Positions 7,815 through 17,977 of a stretch of 64,000 nucleotides of DNA are shown here, piece by piece. Each line of letters opens with the position of its first letter. Positions within the stretch are counted from its first letter, which is position 1. The notes under the pieces were generated by a model. The model made no database searches, was not told the DNA's origin, and was given only the letters and a program-made list of their open reading frames with translations. Both the position numbers and the translations under genes were made by a program. Source of the DNA: an uncultured virus (IMG/VR IMGVR_UViG_3300029951_000012) (lineage: Duplodnaviria > Heunggongvirae > Uroviricota > Caudoviricetes); the IMG/VR virus record IMGVR_UViG_3300029951_000012. One strand, 5' to 3'.

Positions 7815-8939
7815 TTAGCTCGCAATCCTTGGGGAATACATCCCGAACAATAAGTTGGTGGTCTGGTACAGGTACATTGTGACAGTCACGCCGTTTACGT
7901 TGACGAAGGTCACGGTCGTAGGCGCATTGAAGGCCATTGGGAAGCCAGTATTGTTATCAACCATCGTGTGCGTGCTGCCAGTCAGGAGTAGGTAAATCAC
8001 CTGAGACGATGTGGTGTACGAGCCAATAATCTGCCCAACCTGCTCCACGCCAAGCCCGGCGCTCGGAATCACGTCGCTAGTGCTGAGAAGCGCAGATGTT
8101 CCTGTTGCCGTCACTGTCGAAGTTGCTCCGCTCGCTCCGACTCCACCGAAGATACGCGGATTCCATGTGTAAGTCTGATTTGCCGTCTGCGTGCTGGAAC
8201 CAACCGCCGTCAATGTAACCGTCGTGGTGTGAATTGCGGAGTGCGTGAAAGTCCCAACAATCGTTCCCGAAGTGAAAGGCGTCGTCAGTGCGAGTGGAGA
8301 ATCTACGTTGTCCGTGTTGGTGATCGTGGCGCTCGCTGGGGTTGCGGTGTAGAGCGCCGAACACGTTGGATTTGTTACAGAAGCGCCCAGCTCCAGCGAA
8401 CCATTGCAACCAGTGAAGGAATTGATAGCAAACGCAGCGGTCGTGCTGATGGTGATTGACGTTCCGCTGGTCGTGCAGGTCAGCCCAGTGCCGCACAGAA
8501 TCGACAATGCTCCAGTGAGGGTGTTGAGCGATGAAACTCCAGAACTTCCGCTGCTGCCACCGCCGACCGTAAAATTGAACGGCCCGTAGGTTCCACCGCT
8601 CTGCGTTCGCAGCGTGTAGGCATATTGTCCCGGCAGAAACCATGCTCCCGCATTTCCCTGTGCGTCGGCCTGATTCGTGCATGACGCCGAACCTTGCAAA
8701 ACCACGTTAGAACCTGTGGGACACGGAGACGTAGAAGACACCGAGTTGTAGGTGTTCGCCGGAGTCGAGCAATTCCCCGCCGTGCATGAAAAGAACGAAA
8801 CCCCTGTATAGGGCAAAGCATAGACGGGCAACTGCTGCCCGCTGCCTCCGGTTGTGCTGGCAAAGGGGATGTCGTAGCGCACGTTCTGGGCGACGGCAGG
8901 GAGTGTTAGAAGTGCGAGGATGAGCGCGATTGTTTTCAT
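7815..8939 (-). CDS. Thr/Ser/Gly-rich virion accessory protein with signal peptide (A type)
   Basis: MKTIALILALLTLPAVA-Q; 8 Cys in the mature part; near-identical mature paralog at 51822-52949. Confidence 0.75.
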   Translation of the reverse strand: MKTIALILALLTLPAVAQNVRYDIPFASTTGGSGQQLPVYALPYTGVSFFSCTAGNCSTPANTYNSVSSTSPCPTGSNVVLQGSASCTNQADAQGNAGAWFLPGQYAYTLRTQSGGTYGPFNFTVGGGSSGSSGVSSLNTLTGALSILCGTGLTCTTSGTSITISTTAAFAINSFTGCNGSLELGASVTNPTCSALYTATPASATITNTDNVDSPLALTTPFTSGTIVGTFTHSAIHTTTVTLTAVGSSTQTANQTYTWNPRIFGGVGASGATSTVTATGTSALLSTSDVIPSAGLGVEQVGQIIGSYTTSSQVIYLLLTGSTHTMVDNNTGFPMAFNAPTTVTFVNVNGVTVTMYLYQTTNLLFGMYSPRIAS

Positions 8940-10531
8940 TTCTTGCCCTCAATTGTCTTTGGCTTAATTCTAGTGCCATTTGGAAGTTGCTCTGGAAAAA
9001 TATCTGCGTGCGATGACATTGGGATATCATCTGAAACCGCAGGCGGAAGAATTCTCCCAAACCGCATCGGCGTCGTGTCGTGCCGGAACGTCGGCTGTGG
9101 CGTTGGTTCTACCGCGCCGCCAAGACGAATAGGGGGAGGATTCAGAAGCCGTCCAGTCCGCATCGGCGTCGTGTCGTGGTAGAAAGGCGGAGGACGATAG
9201 CCTTCAGGTGTTCCACCAATTTCAGGCGCAGCGCCAAGTTCAATCGGTGGAGGCTTTAGAAGTCCAATCGGTTTGATGGGCGTGTACTGCCCGAAGTTCG
9301 GCTTTGGCCCCGCATTAGCAAAGCCCTCGCGTATTCCCACGTCTGTTGGACTCATGCTGAAAGCAGGACGGCCAGCGATAAGGTCTCGAACTCCGGCCAT
9401 CGGCTCACCTAGCCAAGTCTTAGGACTCTTTAGGTCAATGTTTGCCATTCGTCCGAAGCCAGAAGGCTGTGGCTTTTCAAGAAGCGTGCTGCGCCCTTCT
9501 ATCTGATTGCCAATGCGAGAGATTGCACTGTATGTTTGACGAATACCTTGCGGGTCAATCCCATACCGCGAAAGCTCTGGATCAAGATGCGCCTGCACTA
9601 ACTTCTCACGCGCCAAAGCGTCGGCCTGACTAAGCCCCTTCTGTTGCGCGAGCTGTAACGCTGCTGGATCGCCTGTCCGCAGTCCGCGATTCATTGCTGA
9701 GAGTTGCTGGCGCTCATCCTCTAGAGCCTGAATGGTAGTCATGCCATCTGGCCCCATCATTAGATTGCTCCCTACGGCGTCGAGAGTCTGGCGATACGGC
9801 CCAAATGCTTCGTTCTTTGCCGCAGGAACACGCGACTGTAAATCCGTGAGGGAGTCCACGCCTTGAAAATATGGGCGTGCGGTCTGCACTGCCGACTGCA
9901 TGGGAAGCACCTTTTTGCCATTCGCAGGAACACGCATACCGCGCAATGCAGCAGCGTCCGTGTCGCCGATTGCAGCGGTGCGGACAGCGGTGCTAACTTT
10001 TGGAATACCGCGAAATGCTTCGCCAGTCAACTCTCCACCAATAAACGAACCTGCGCCTTGTCCTAAAAGATGGGGTATGGCTTTTGACGCACCGTTGTCT
10101 TTGAAGTCGTTGACCGTGCTATCTACCGTTTCATCGAGTGCGGTCGGTTTCCCTCGCAGCATATCTACACCTTGGCCGATAGGCGTCATGCGAAATATGC
10201 CCTTCAGGGTGTCGATGGGATGCACAAAGGGACTGACTAATCCCTCCGTTGCGCCTCTACCAAAATCATGCCCAACCTGATTGAGTTTGCTTCCGTCTAT
10301 CGTGCTTGAAGGTCGCAGAGCATCTTGATAGTTAGCTTTAACCGTCCCCAGAAAATCTCCAGAGGTAAAAGCATTGCCGGGTTTCCCCCCAAGTGGAGCA
10401 CTCCCTGATGCTACGGGTCCAGAGTTGGCAATAGGCTTCAGTTCCGCGCCCGGAGGCAGTCCCTGTATCGGCTTCAGCGTAGCTCCGGGGGGAAGTCCTT
10501 GAATGTTAGGTGTGATAGCGGGAGTTTCCAT
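8936..10531 (-). CDS. Putative ejection/internal virion protein (A type)
   Basis: Ala/Gly-rich; N-terminal IQGLPPGA repeats; C-terminal HDTTPMR repeats; position in the tail module. Confidence 0.6.
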   Translation of the reverse strand: METPAITPNIQGLPPGATLKPIQGLPPGAELKPIANSGPVASGSAPLGGKPGNAFTSGDFLGTVKANYQDALRPSSTIDGSKLNQVGHDFGRGATEGLVSPFVHPIDTLKGIFRMTPIGQGVDMLRGKPTALDETVDSTVNDFKDNGASKAIPHLLGQGAGSFIGGELTGEAFRGIPKVSTAVRTAAIGDTDAAALRGMRVPANGKKVLPMQSAVQTARPYFQGVDSLTDLQSRVPAAKNEAFGPYRQTLDAVGSNLMMGPDGMTTIQALEDERQQLSAMNRGLRTGDPAALQLAQQKGLSQADALAREKLVQAHLDPELSRYGIDPQGIRQTYSAISRIGNQIEGRSTLLEKPQPSGFGRMANIDLKSPKTWLGEPMAGVRDLIAGRPAFSMSPTDVGIREGFANAGPKPNFGQYTPIKPIGLLKPPPIELGAAPEIGGTPEGYRPPPFYHDTTPMRTGRLLNPPPIRLGGAVEPTPQPTFRHDTTPMRFGRILPPAVSDDIPMSSHADIFPEQLPNGTRIKPKTIEGKK

Positions 10532-12087
10532 TATTTACTCCCCAGCGGAACATAGACGCCCTTTACAGTGTGCCCTACCAGCTTGCCGCCCACATACACT
10601 TCGTTATCAGCTCCAGCGGGAGCGGCAGTCTGGGGTGCTGTCGGCGTTTCGCCCGTATCAATACCCTTCGCCTTCGCCAAGTCCTTCATCGTGCCAGCAA
10701 TTTGATTCCGTTGCTCATCGGAGAACCATGTGCCTGTCGTCGCGTGGCGGAACTTCGCCTCTAGGCTGTTCGTCCATCCTTGCGCGTTCTTCAGCATGTC
10801 AATCTGGGGCTGCGACATGCGGAAGCCCGTAGAAGGTTTCGCAAGCTCGAAGAACTTCTCCATCAGAGCTTCGTCGCCGGGGCCAGTGTGGATGCCATGA
10901 ATGTAACTATCGGCATAATCCAGAGCTTGTTTCGCGGGCTGGTCCTTTGCCTGATTCTTTGCGAATGTGCCAGCCTTCGCAACGCCCGGAGGCGCGGCTT
11001 TCGTCTCACCCGTCTTCGAGTTGAAGAGAACCGGATGGCCTTGCGCGTCCTCATCAATCGTCCATGTGCCTTGATTGATGACAGTCCCACCCGGCTTCTC
11101 GCGTATTTTCTCGTAGGCTTGCTGAGGCGTGAACCCCTGCTTTAGAAGCGCGTCATAAGTCTGCTGTGCGGGCGTGTTCTCTTTCGTTGGGGCGTTCTTT
11201 TGGGAACCAGTAGGAGCACCAGCGGCGCGAGTCTCGCCCGTCGCTTCGTTTATTTCCAGAGGTTCACCGTGAGGCCCAGAATATCCAGCTAGTTCCTTCC
11301 ATGCGTCTTTCTGGTCGCCACGATGGTCTGCTTCTGACTTCAGGTTGCCAATAGTAGCTTGCGATACGTCATGCGTGTCCTGTTGAGCACGTGACAATCC
11401 TGCTGTTTCAGCATCCTCATGCGCGGCCATCGACCGATGAGCGCCCTGCTGCGCTTCGCTCTCTTGCGCCGCCTCATTCGCAGCAATTTGCTTATTGCCA
11501 GAGTGCAGGTCTGCCAAGTGATGCAGAGATGTGCCAGGAAGCGCAAGATCGACCGCAGGAGCGACCGCACGCAATCCAACGTCCCCAAGGGTCGCCAAGC
11601 CCTGCAAAAGACCTCCTGAGAGCTTTCCGAGGAAGGGATGGTCTTGACCGAACTTCGTGCCCTCAATCTTCGAGGCAATCTGAGAAATGCCAGAGCCAGT
11701 GTTTTCCTTCCGCGCTTGCTCTGTCTTCAAGATGTCCGTCTGCGTTGGCAGGCGATTCACGGTTGTCGTATCAGTAGGTGCGCTGATTTTAGGCATACCG
11801 CCGCCCATCTGAGGGGTTGCCATCTTTGGCGCTGGTTCAGATTCACTTGCAGCAAGTGACTTGATTTGTGGAGTAATTCGCTCTGTTCCGGCAGGAAGCG
11901 CGATCTTTGGAGGCGCAGGTGCGTCCATCTTCACGGCTGAACTCATGCCGAGATTGCCGATAGGTGGAGGCGTAGGGTCATTCGACGGCGGACGAATGAT
12001 AGCGGGAGCCGAGGGCTGCGCTTGTTGTGCCAGCATCGCCAAATGTTCTGGTGAAAGTAGAGGATTTGTGAGTGGAGGAGTTGTCAT
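10531..12087 (-). CDS. Putative ejection protein (A type)
   Basis: N-terminal ~250 aa shared with 54115-55677, C-terminal half unrelated. Confidence 0.6.
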   Translation of the reverse strand: MTTPPLTNPLLSPEHLAMLAQQAQPSAPAIIRPPSNDPTPPPIGNLGMSSAVKMDAPAPPKIALPAGTERITPQIKSLAASESEPAPKMATPQMGGGMPKISAPTDTTTVNRLPTQTDILKTEQARKENTGSGISQIASKIEGTKFGQDHPFLGKLSGGLLQGLATLGDVGLRAVAPAVDLALPGTSLHHLADLHSGNKQIAANEAAQESEAQQGAHRSMAAHEDAETAGLSRAQQDTHDVSQATIGNLKSEADHRGDQKDAWKELAGYSGPHGEPLEINEATGETRAAGAPTGSQKNAPTKENTPAQQTYDALLKQGFTPQQAYEKIREKPGGTVINQGTWTIDEDAQGHPVLFNSKTGETKAAPPGVAKAGTFAKNQAKDQPAKQALDYADSYIHGIHTGPGDEALMEKFFELAKPSTGFRMSQPQIDMLKNAQGWTNSLEAKFRHATTGTWFSDEQRNQIAGTMKDLAKAKGIDTGETPTAPQTAAPAGADNEVYVGGKLVGHTVKGVYVPLGSK

Positions 12088-12088
12088 A

Positions 12089-12643
12089 TTAGCCCGTCAG
12101 CGCCGCAGCGCCTACCTGTCCTCCCGCCGCAATTCCAGATTGCAATAGCTTTAGCCATGGATTATCACCCGAAGCATCTGCCGAAGTCTTCAGCGCGTCG
12201 TTCGACAGTCCGAGCGCCTTCTCTCCCCCGCCCAGTTCGGTTGAGTACAAGCCTCCTAGTCCAGAAATTCCTTCCTGTTGTTTCTTCTGAGCCAAGTCAG
12301 CATCATTCGTTTGTACGCCGACAGCCGCCTTAGAAAGGTTGTTGCCGGCCGCGCGCGTTCCAGCCGCGATAGCGTTTTGCGCTGCGCCCGCATTCTTTGT
12401 GCGAGCCGCATAGAGTCCTCCAGCGCCGGACGCGGCAGCTTGTGAGCCTCCCGCCGATTGCTGCGCTGCCGTGTTCTGTGAGGCAATCTGCGCTGGCGTA
12501 AACCCAGAAGGGTGCGCCGCTTCTGCCGCAAGCGTAGGCGCGAGTCCTCCGTAAATTGAAGCCGCGTTGCCCGTCAGATTGTTCGACAGGCTTTGTGCCG
12601 TCCCCGAGTTATTTAAAGCATCGCCCGCTACGCCCTTTGGCAC
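12089..12643 (-). CDS. Putative small ejection protein (P22 gp7-like position)
   Basis: Ala/Gly/Gln/Ser-rich helical protein. Confidence 0.55.
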   Translation of the reverse strand: MPKGVAGDALNNSGTAQSLSNNLTGNAASIYGGLAPTLAAEAAHPSGFTPAQIASQNTAAQQSAGGSQAAASGAGGLYAARTKNAGAAQNAIAAGTRAAGNNLSKAAVGVQTNDADLAQKKQQEGISGLGGLYSTELGGGEKALGLSNDALKTSADASGDNPWLKLLQSGIAAGGQVGAAALTG

Positions 12644-12644
12644 G

Positions 12645-13013
12645 TTAGGTCACCTTCCATGCTTCCCAAGTACGTTGCCACCCAAAACGCTTTTTCATGG
12701 TTGCTGCAAACCCTATGCCAAAATTCGGAGAAATAAAGCAGAACGCACCGGCCGGAAACACCTTCCGCAATGCCTCGTGCAAGAGAGCAATTCCCTTCAA
12801 CCGCACCACAACATGCGGTCTGCGGTCGCAAATCATCACGAGTTCGGGAACCATCTTTACTCCGCACATCATAATCGGCGTATCTTCCTTATCTACAACA
12901 ACAAAGGCGTGTTGCAAGTCCTTCGGAAAGCCATCATCAAAGCTTAGTTGCAACTCATTGTATATCGCTTCCAAAATGGGCAGGTCGCGGGCTTCTAGCG
13001 GACGCGTGGTCAT
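12645..13013 (-). CDS. GNAT-fold-like virion assembly protein
   Basis: 122 aa, MTTRPLEARDL start and FGW end; position upstream of ejection genes as in podoviruses. Confidence 0.45.
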   Translation of the reverse strand: MTTRPLEARDLPILEAIYNELQLSFDDGFPKDLQHAFVVVDKEDTPIMMCGVKMVPELVMICDRRPHVVVRLKGIALLHEALRKVFPAGAFCFISPNFGIGFAATMKKRFGWQRTWEAWKVT

Positions 13014-13582
13014 ACTTTACCCCGCTGCGGCGGTTTGCCCGTAGAGGTTCTGAATGGAACAGGCCCATATCCCGATAAGCCTGACCCTGGACGCCCCGTT
13101 CCACCGCCCTGAGAATTTCCACGTGGAACACTTACGCCGCCCGTCACTGGCATGGGCGTAGCGCCGCCGTGGAAAACTGGAGTTGTGTTGCTGCTCGTCG
13201 GGTAGGAAGCGAACGCCTGAAAGTATAGTTTTTGGCTTCCGGTTGCAAGATTTATCTCCCGCGATGGCCCACTGTACTCAGGGAAGGGATTGGTCATCTG
13301 CGAACTCTCGGAAGATTCCACATGATAGGTGCAGCCTTGATAGAAGTCTGCTCCGTGCGCGATGGACACATGATGCCCGACCTCCGTAGGCGAAACTGTC
13401 ACTGATTGGAGCGGCGGCGGAGGGTGCGGAGTCCCTTCGAGACTCGAATTTGTCTGCTGGGCTACTTGCTTCGTGTTCGTGTGCAGATCAGAAACTAGTT
13501 CGTGAAGACGCGCCCCAAACTCAGGGTGCCCCTCCAGCTTGAGGGTGCGTATCCAATCGAGATTGCGCGGAGTTTCCGGCAT
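13010..13582 (-). CDS. Tail-module hypothetical protein
   Basis: Coupled ORF; paralog at 56602-57168. Confidence 0.7.
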   Translation of the reverse strand: MPETPRNLDWIRTLKLEGHPEFGARLHELVSDLHTNTKQVAQQTNSSLEGTPHPPPPLQSVTVSPTEVGHHVSIAHGADFYQGCTYHVESSESSQMTNPFPEYSGPSREINLATGSQKLYFQAFASYPTSSNTTPVFHGGATPMPVTGGVSVPRGNSQGGGTGRPGSGLSGYGPVPFRTSTGKPPQRGKV

Positions 13583-16500
13583 TATTTGTTCGCTCCGGTG
13601 ATTTTAAGTTTTGCATCTGCAATGAACGCTGTAAGCCGTGTCATTTTGAAGCTGTTGTCCGTCCCTTCAGTGGGAAACGAGGCAATCTTGATGGCGATTC
13701 TGTCGCCAGTGCATTGACCGCCGCCAAACTCTCTGTCCTTGAAATAGTTCGGGGTGAGAGTACGAGTTGTGGATAACTTCCACAATCTTTGTAGGGAATC
13801 AGAATAGTAACTGCACGTTACTTTGCCGACACCTTGCACGTAGATTCTCAGGTAGGCAAGCAAAATACGAAGCCCCTTGAGTTGCAACGCCTGCGCCTTT
13901 TCAGGATCAAGGAAAAAGTAGGTGACGTAGTAAGGTTGCACGAGTCCAAAGTCCTCATCCGTGAGAAGTGCCGGGTTCAGTGTGTAGATATTTCCGAACC
14001 CCGCCGATTCGCCGTAAGCCTGTCCATTGCCGCCCAACATCACCAACGTCAGCGCCGCTCCGTTCGATCGATACATCCGCACCGCGCCGTTCATCGGAAG
14101 GTTCCACGGCGCCCACTTGCGCGAATTGTCTGTCGCAATCAGCTTTCCAGCAAATGACGGGTGGAACGGCGGCGAACCAGCAATCGCTGAGGCTGAGTTG
14201 AGGTTGCGATAGTTCAGCACGTAGATTTTATTCGGAGCCGTAGCAGCACCAATGGGTACGCCGAACATCAGCAGCCGCTGTACGGGGTCATTCAAACCCC
14301 AGACTGTCAGCGCCGCGTCCATGTTGATTTGGATGGCCGTATTGCTCTTGGTAGGGTCATACCAGTTTGGCTGAATCTCTTGGCTGATTTTTTCAACAGT
14401 TCCCCCGCCGAAGATAACCGCTCCGCCTTCGGTGGGCCATGCCATCCAATCATCCCCACCCGATGAAGTAACGTCATCCGCTTGCGAGTGAGTGAGGCTG
14501 ATAGCCGAGAGAATTCCGCAATCCGCAGAGACTTCATTGACCTGCCAGCCCGAAGGCTCGGTGACGCCGCTGCCGGTGGTTTCGTGCAACCGTCCCGAAG
14601 GGGCTTGTGTGAGCAAATAGAGCGTATCGCGGAGGATGCCTATGTCCATCAGCTTAGATGGGTCATTGTTGGGGCCAAACTGCCCCGACACGCCATCGAC
14701 TCCCTCTGGGTTGTTGAGATACGAGCCATATGCCAACTCATCCGTGTAGGGCGTTTCTGAGTCGATGAGCATTGTCTCGGATAGCGTGGCCTGACCGCTG
14801 AAGATTTGATAATAGAGAACCGTGTCAGGCGGTATGCTGTCTGGTGTTGGCAAGTTAAATTCTTGCTGATACCATCCGGTTTTTGTGAAATTAATTATCG
14901 CTTGCGTCTGAAATCCAGTTACGGGGCTTGTGATGGTTGCAACAAAACTCCCCGGCGACTGCACAACAAGGTAGCACCTAAAAATATAGGTCACACCCGT
15001 TGGGTCATCGTCTACAATCCCAATCGGAGCGCCATAGGCATCTTCATAGAATCCCTGAGATAGCCCAGCCGTTCCAAGCGCGGCGTTCATGTTCCACGCC
15101 TGACCACCAAACCTGCCTGCAACAAGAGAGCCGCCGTTACCTGTTATAGTCCAACCCAGTGGCACAGTAGGCGCTAGAGCAGAAGCGCCACCACCAAATC
15201 CCATATTGAGCAGGTTGTTGATGATGTTTCTTTGGCCCCACGTTAGCAGACGCGATTCGTAAGCGCCAAAGCCCAAAGCCCCATCGAGCTTTATCTGATT
15301 TGCCAAAGTGTTACCGGGAATAGATATGCCGAGCGCCGCGTAGAGCGTATTGTCTGAGAAATCCAGAACAACAGAGGTCGTGGTGTTGTCGTTTACCTGC
15401 GTGGAAGTGCCGATAATCTGGCCTTCCGTCTGTGGTGTTTGCGGAATATAAAAGAACGGCGGCAACTCACCCGGCACATTCGGTTGCGCTCCCGTAAATG
15501 CAAGGATTCTCGCCTTAACATACGAAGGCCCGATAGGAATATTCGTTACCGATAGATATTGTCCTCCGTTCGCAATAATGGTGACGGGTGGAGATGGTGC
15601 GGGAATTGCTCCCTCGTCCGTCAACCAAAGCACCTCCATCAAGTGAAGCCCCGGCGCTGCTTGTCCAAAGGGTGTCACAGTTCCTATCGCAGTCGTCGCT
15701 CCGTTCGGCCCATACTGCCTATATATGAACTGCGTTGGAGAAATAACCCCCGTCACATAGAAAGTTCCCTCCCACGCAAAACCCACAGTGCCCGTTGTCC
15801 ACCTTCCATCGGAGTAGGAAACCGCCACATAGAAAGTCGTCGGGGTCGGGGCGGATTCCACGTTGAAGTAGGTCGGTGTCGGTGTGTTGTCAGGAATCGG
15901 CCACGCAATAGTGATATTTCCTGTGCTTCCTGTTGCGTTGATAACGTCTGGGTCAACTGCTGTGATGGGAGTTTGAATGTAGGTGATCTGGTTTGGCGAG
16001 GGAACGGTATCGACCGTAAATGTTCCATTGAAACTAAATGCAGTTGTTCCTGTTGCGGTTGTGACTCCCGCAATCTGAACGACACTGCCCGGATTCAGGT
16101 TGTGACTCGCTGTTGTGGTGATTGTAGTTTTACCAGCCGACCACTGCGCTTCAGCAATCGTGGTAATGACACCCGGCTCGACTCCAACAATAGAAACCGA
16201 TATGCCCGGAACAAGCCCATGTGGCTCTGTCGTTGTCACCAAAGCTAGACCGGGTTCCGTCTCATTGTTGATGACGATAGAGCTAACGAAGGCAACTGTA
16301 CCCGTACCAGATAGTGTGTAGTAGACAGTCACCGCAAAAGGCTGACCGATGAAGACGCGCGAAGTATCTGTAACGACCGCCATAGAAAAACCGAAGGTCG
16401 GGTCGTTCACGATAGCCGGAGTCAGCGCCGCTCCCCACTGGTCGCCCGCGCTTCCATAAGTCACCGTATTGTAAGAAGTGGTGAATGGAGTTCCCGGCGT

Positions 16501-17412
16501 TTTAGCTGTTCCGAGTAGACCACTGCCATTCCAGAGAGCGGCCTGCGAGAGATAGCTTGTTGTAGCGAATTGCGAGATGAGAACCGCGCTGATGGTGACG
16601 CCAAGAATTGTCGCGGCTGAAGGAATGGTGAAACCTAGCCCCGCAACGGTCATATCGCCCAAAGCCGTGGTCACTGGCTCGAAGTGAGTGCGGAACTGAG
16701 TTCCTACATACTGCCAATCGCCACCGACATTGCCGGGGTTTCCGTTCATGCTCTGGTTTACATCTGTTGAGTTGGAGTCCGGCATGTTAGAAATCTGTGC
16801 CTGATAGCCGACGAGAAGATTGTGCGGGGTCGCGGTGTTCGCCGTAACAAGGTTCGCATTGCGCGTGAGCGTGTTGGGTGCCGGGGCCATCTGCGAAGAT
16901 GCAAGCGCCAGATTTGCAACCGTGGGGGGAGCTCCGGGGCCGTCACAAGTGTACCTGCGAAGCAGAGTCCCGTCCCACTGCAAAGGAACTTCGGAACCAT
17001 GCAGCCCGTCAGAAATGGCGATATATTCGCGCCCAAACTGTGTAATTGACTTACAAGTGCTTCCCGGTGTCGAAGTGAAGAGAACCGTATACGTTCCCGG
17101 AGAATTTGTCAGGTCTTCAACGTAGAACACGCCGTTGGAATCACAATAGAGATTATTAATTGTCCCTGTGGGCGTTTTGAAACTCTTGGCGTAGACAACT
17201 GTAGGCACAAACCCATCGACGCCACCAGCGGGGAACGGAGCGCCAAGAACGATGTCCGTACAGGGGCGTGAACCTACTCCACCCGGCTCAAACGCTACGT
17301 CGGGGCAATCCGGTGAAACATTTTCGGGGAGTGATTCCGGTGGTACTTCCGAAACCCACCCCCCGAATACGCTTAACGGAACAGGAACCGCGCCTGTCGG
17401 ACTAATCGCCAT
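13582..17412 (-). CDS. Large tail nozzle / tubular-B-like protein with inserted beta domains
   Basis: 1276 aa, beta-rich, three TxxHxLxxGxxVxIxGV-type repeats, position after the adaptor. Confidence 0.6.
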   Translation of the reverse strand: MAISPTGAVPVPLSVFGGWVSEVPPESLPENVSPDCPDVAFEPGGVGSRPCTDIVLGAPFPAGGVDGFVPTVVYAKSFKTPTGTINNLYCDSNGVFYVEDLTNSPGTYTVLFTSTPGSTCKSITQFGREYIAISDGLHGSEVPLQWDGTLLRRYTCDGPGAPPTVANLALASSQMAPAPNTLTRNANLVTANTATPHNLLVGYQAQISNMPDSNSTDVNQSMNGNPGNVGGDWQYVGTQFRTHFEPVTTALGDMTVAGLGFTIPSAATILGVTISAVLISQFATTSYLSQAALWNGSGLLGTAKTPGTPFTTSYNTVTYGSAGDQWGAALTPAIVNDPTFGFSMAVVTDTSRVFIGQPFAVTVYYTLSGTGTVAFVSSIVINNETEPGLALVTTTEPHGLVPGISVSIVGVEPGVITTIAEAQWSAGKTTITTTASHNLNPGSVVQIAGVTTATGTTAFSFNGTFTVDTVPSPNQITYIQTPITAVDPDVINATGSTGNITIAWPIPDNTPTPTYFNVESAPTPTTFYVAVSYSDGRWTTGTVGFAWEGTFYVTGVISPTQFIYRQYGPNGATTAIGTVTPFGQAAPGLHLMEVLWLTDEGAIPAPSPPVTIIANGGQYLSVTNIPIGPSYVKARILAFTGAQPNVPGELPPFFYIPQTPQTEGQIIGTSTQVNDNTTTSVVLDFSDNTLYAALGISIPGNTLANQIKLDGALGFGAYESRLLTWGQRNIINNLLNMGFGGGASALAPTVPLGWTITGNGGSLVAGRFGGQAWNMNAALGTAGLSQGFYEDAYGAPIGIVDDDPTGVTYIFRCYLVVQSPGSFVATITSPVTGFQTQAIINFTKTGWYQQEFNLPTPDSIPPDTVLYYQIFSGQATLSETMLIDSETPYTDELAYGSYLNNPEGVDGVSGQFGPNNDPSKLMDIGILRDTLYLLTQAPSGRLHETTGSGVTEPSGWQVNEVSADCGILSAISLTHSQADDVTSSGGDDWMAWPTEGGAVIFGGGTVEKISQEIQPNWYDPTKSNTAIQINMDAALTVWGLNDPVQRLLMFGVPIGAATAPNKIYVLNYRNLNSASAIAGSPPFHPSFAGKLIATDNSRKWAPWNLPMNGAVRMYRSNGAALTLVMLGGNGQAYGESAGFGNIYTLNPALLTDEDFGLVQPYYVTYFFLDPEKAQALQLKGLRILLAYLRIYVQGVGKVTCSYYSDSLQRLWKLSTTRTLTPNYFKDREFGGGQCTGDRIAIKIASFPTEGTDNSFKMTRLTAFIADAKLKITGANK

Positions 17413-17415
17413 GAA

Positions 17416-17967
17416 TTACTGCCCCAGAGGGAACCACGCCCGGAATTTGACCGTAGTGGTCGCGAACGCCGAACCGTAAGCACCAGCGGGGAACTGCGCC
17501 GCCGCGCCGCCCGTTCCTGTGAAGGTCGAGGTAATCGTGGGAGCCTGAACGCCAGTGATACCCGTTGCGCCGGCAATCTCAGTGAGTGCTCCGCCCGTAA
17601 CATAAACGGGAGCTGCCGTGGAAGCGTTGGCGACGGTTGTGATGGTTGGTGCGGTCGATGTTGATGCGACCGTTCCCGTCCCGGCACCGGGGCGAAAAAT
17701 CTGAATCTTGCCATTCGCCTGTGTCGTCCCCTTTGCAAAAACAAACGTCGCTCCAGTAGCCGTCTGCGATGCCGCCAGAGGCTCCTCATAAAGTTCCACG
17801 CGGTTTGGAGCCGATCGGGATTGAATCTTGTTCGTGCCAGCGAAGGACAACGTATCGCCGCCTGTCACGTAGCTGCCGGAGAAAGTAATGACACCCGAAA
17901 CGAATTCCTCGCGGTCGGTCACATCGGGTACGCCTTGCAGATTGTCGAATGTTAGTGCGGTTGCCAT
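17416..17967 (-). CDS. Virion structural protein (Thr/Ala-rich)
   Basis: Strong RBS AAGGAG; morphogenesis operon. Confidence 0.65.
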   Translation of the reverse strand: MATALTFDNLQGVPDVTDREEFVSGVITFSGSYVTGGDTLSFAGTNKIQSRSAPNRVELYEEPLAASQTATGATFVFAKGTTQANGKIQIFRPGAGTGTVASTSTAPTITTVANASTAAPVYVTGGALTEIAGATGITGVQAPTITSTFTGTGGAAAQFPAGAYGSAFATTTVKFRAWFPLGQ

Positions 17968-17977
17968 GTTTTCTCCT

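Noticed and set aside
9062..9178. Direct repeat of about 21 bp (ccgcatcggcgtcgtgtcgtg)
   Set aside because: Only two copies, encoding the HDTTPMR protein repeat; not CRISPR or att
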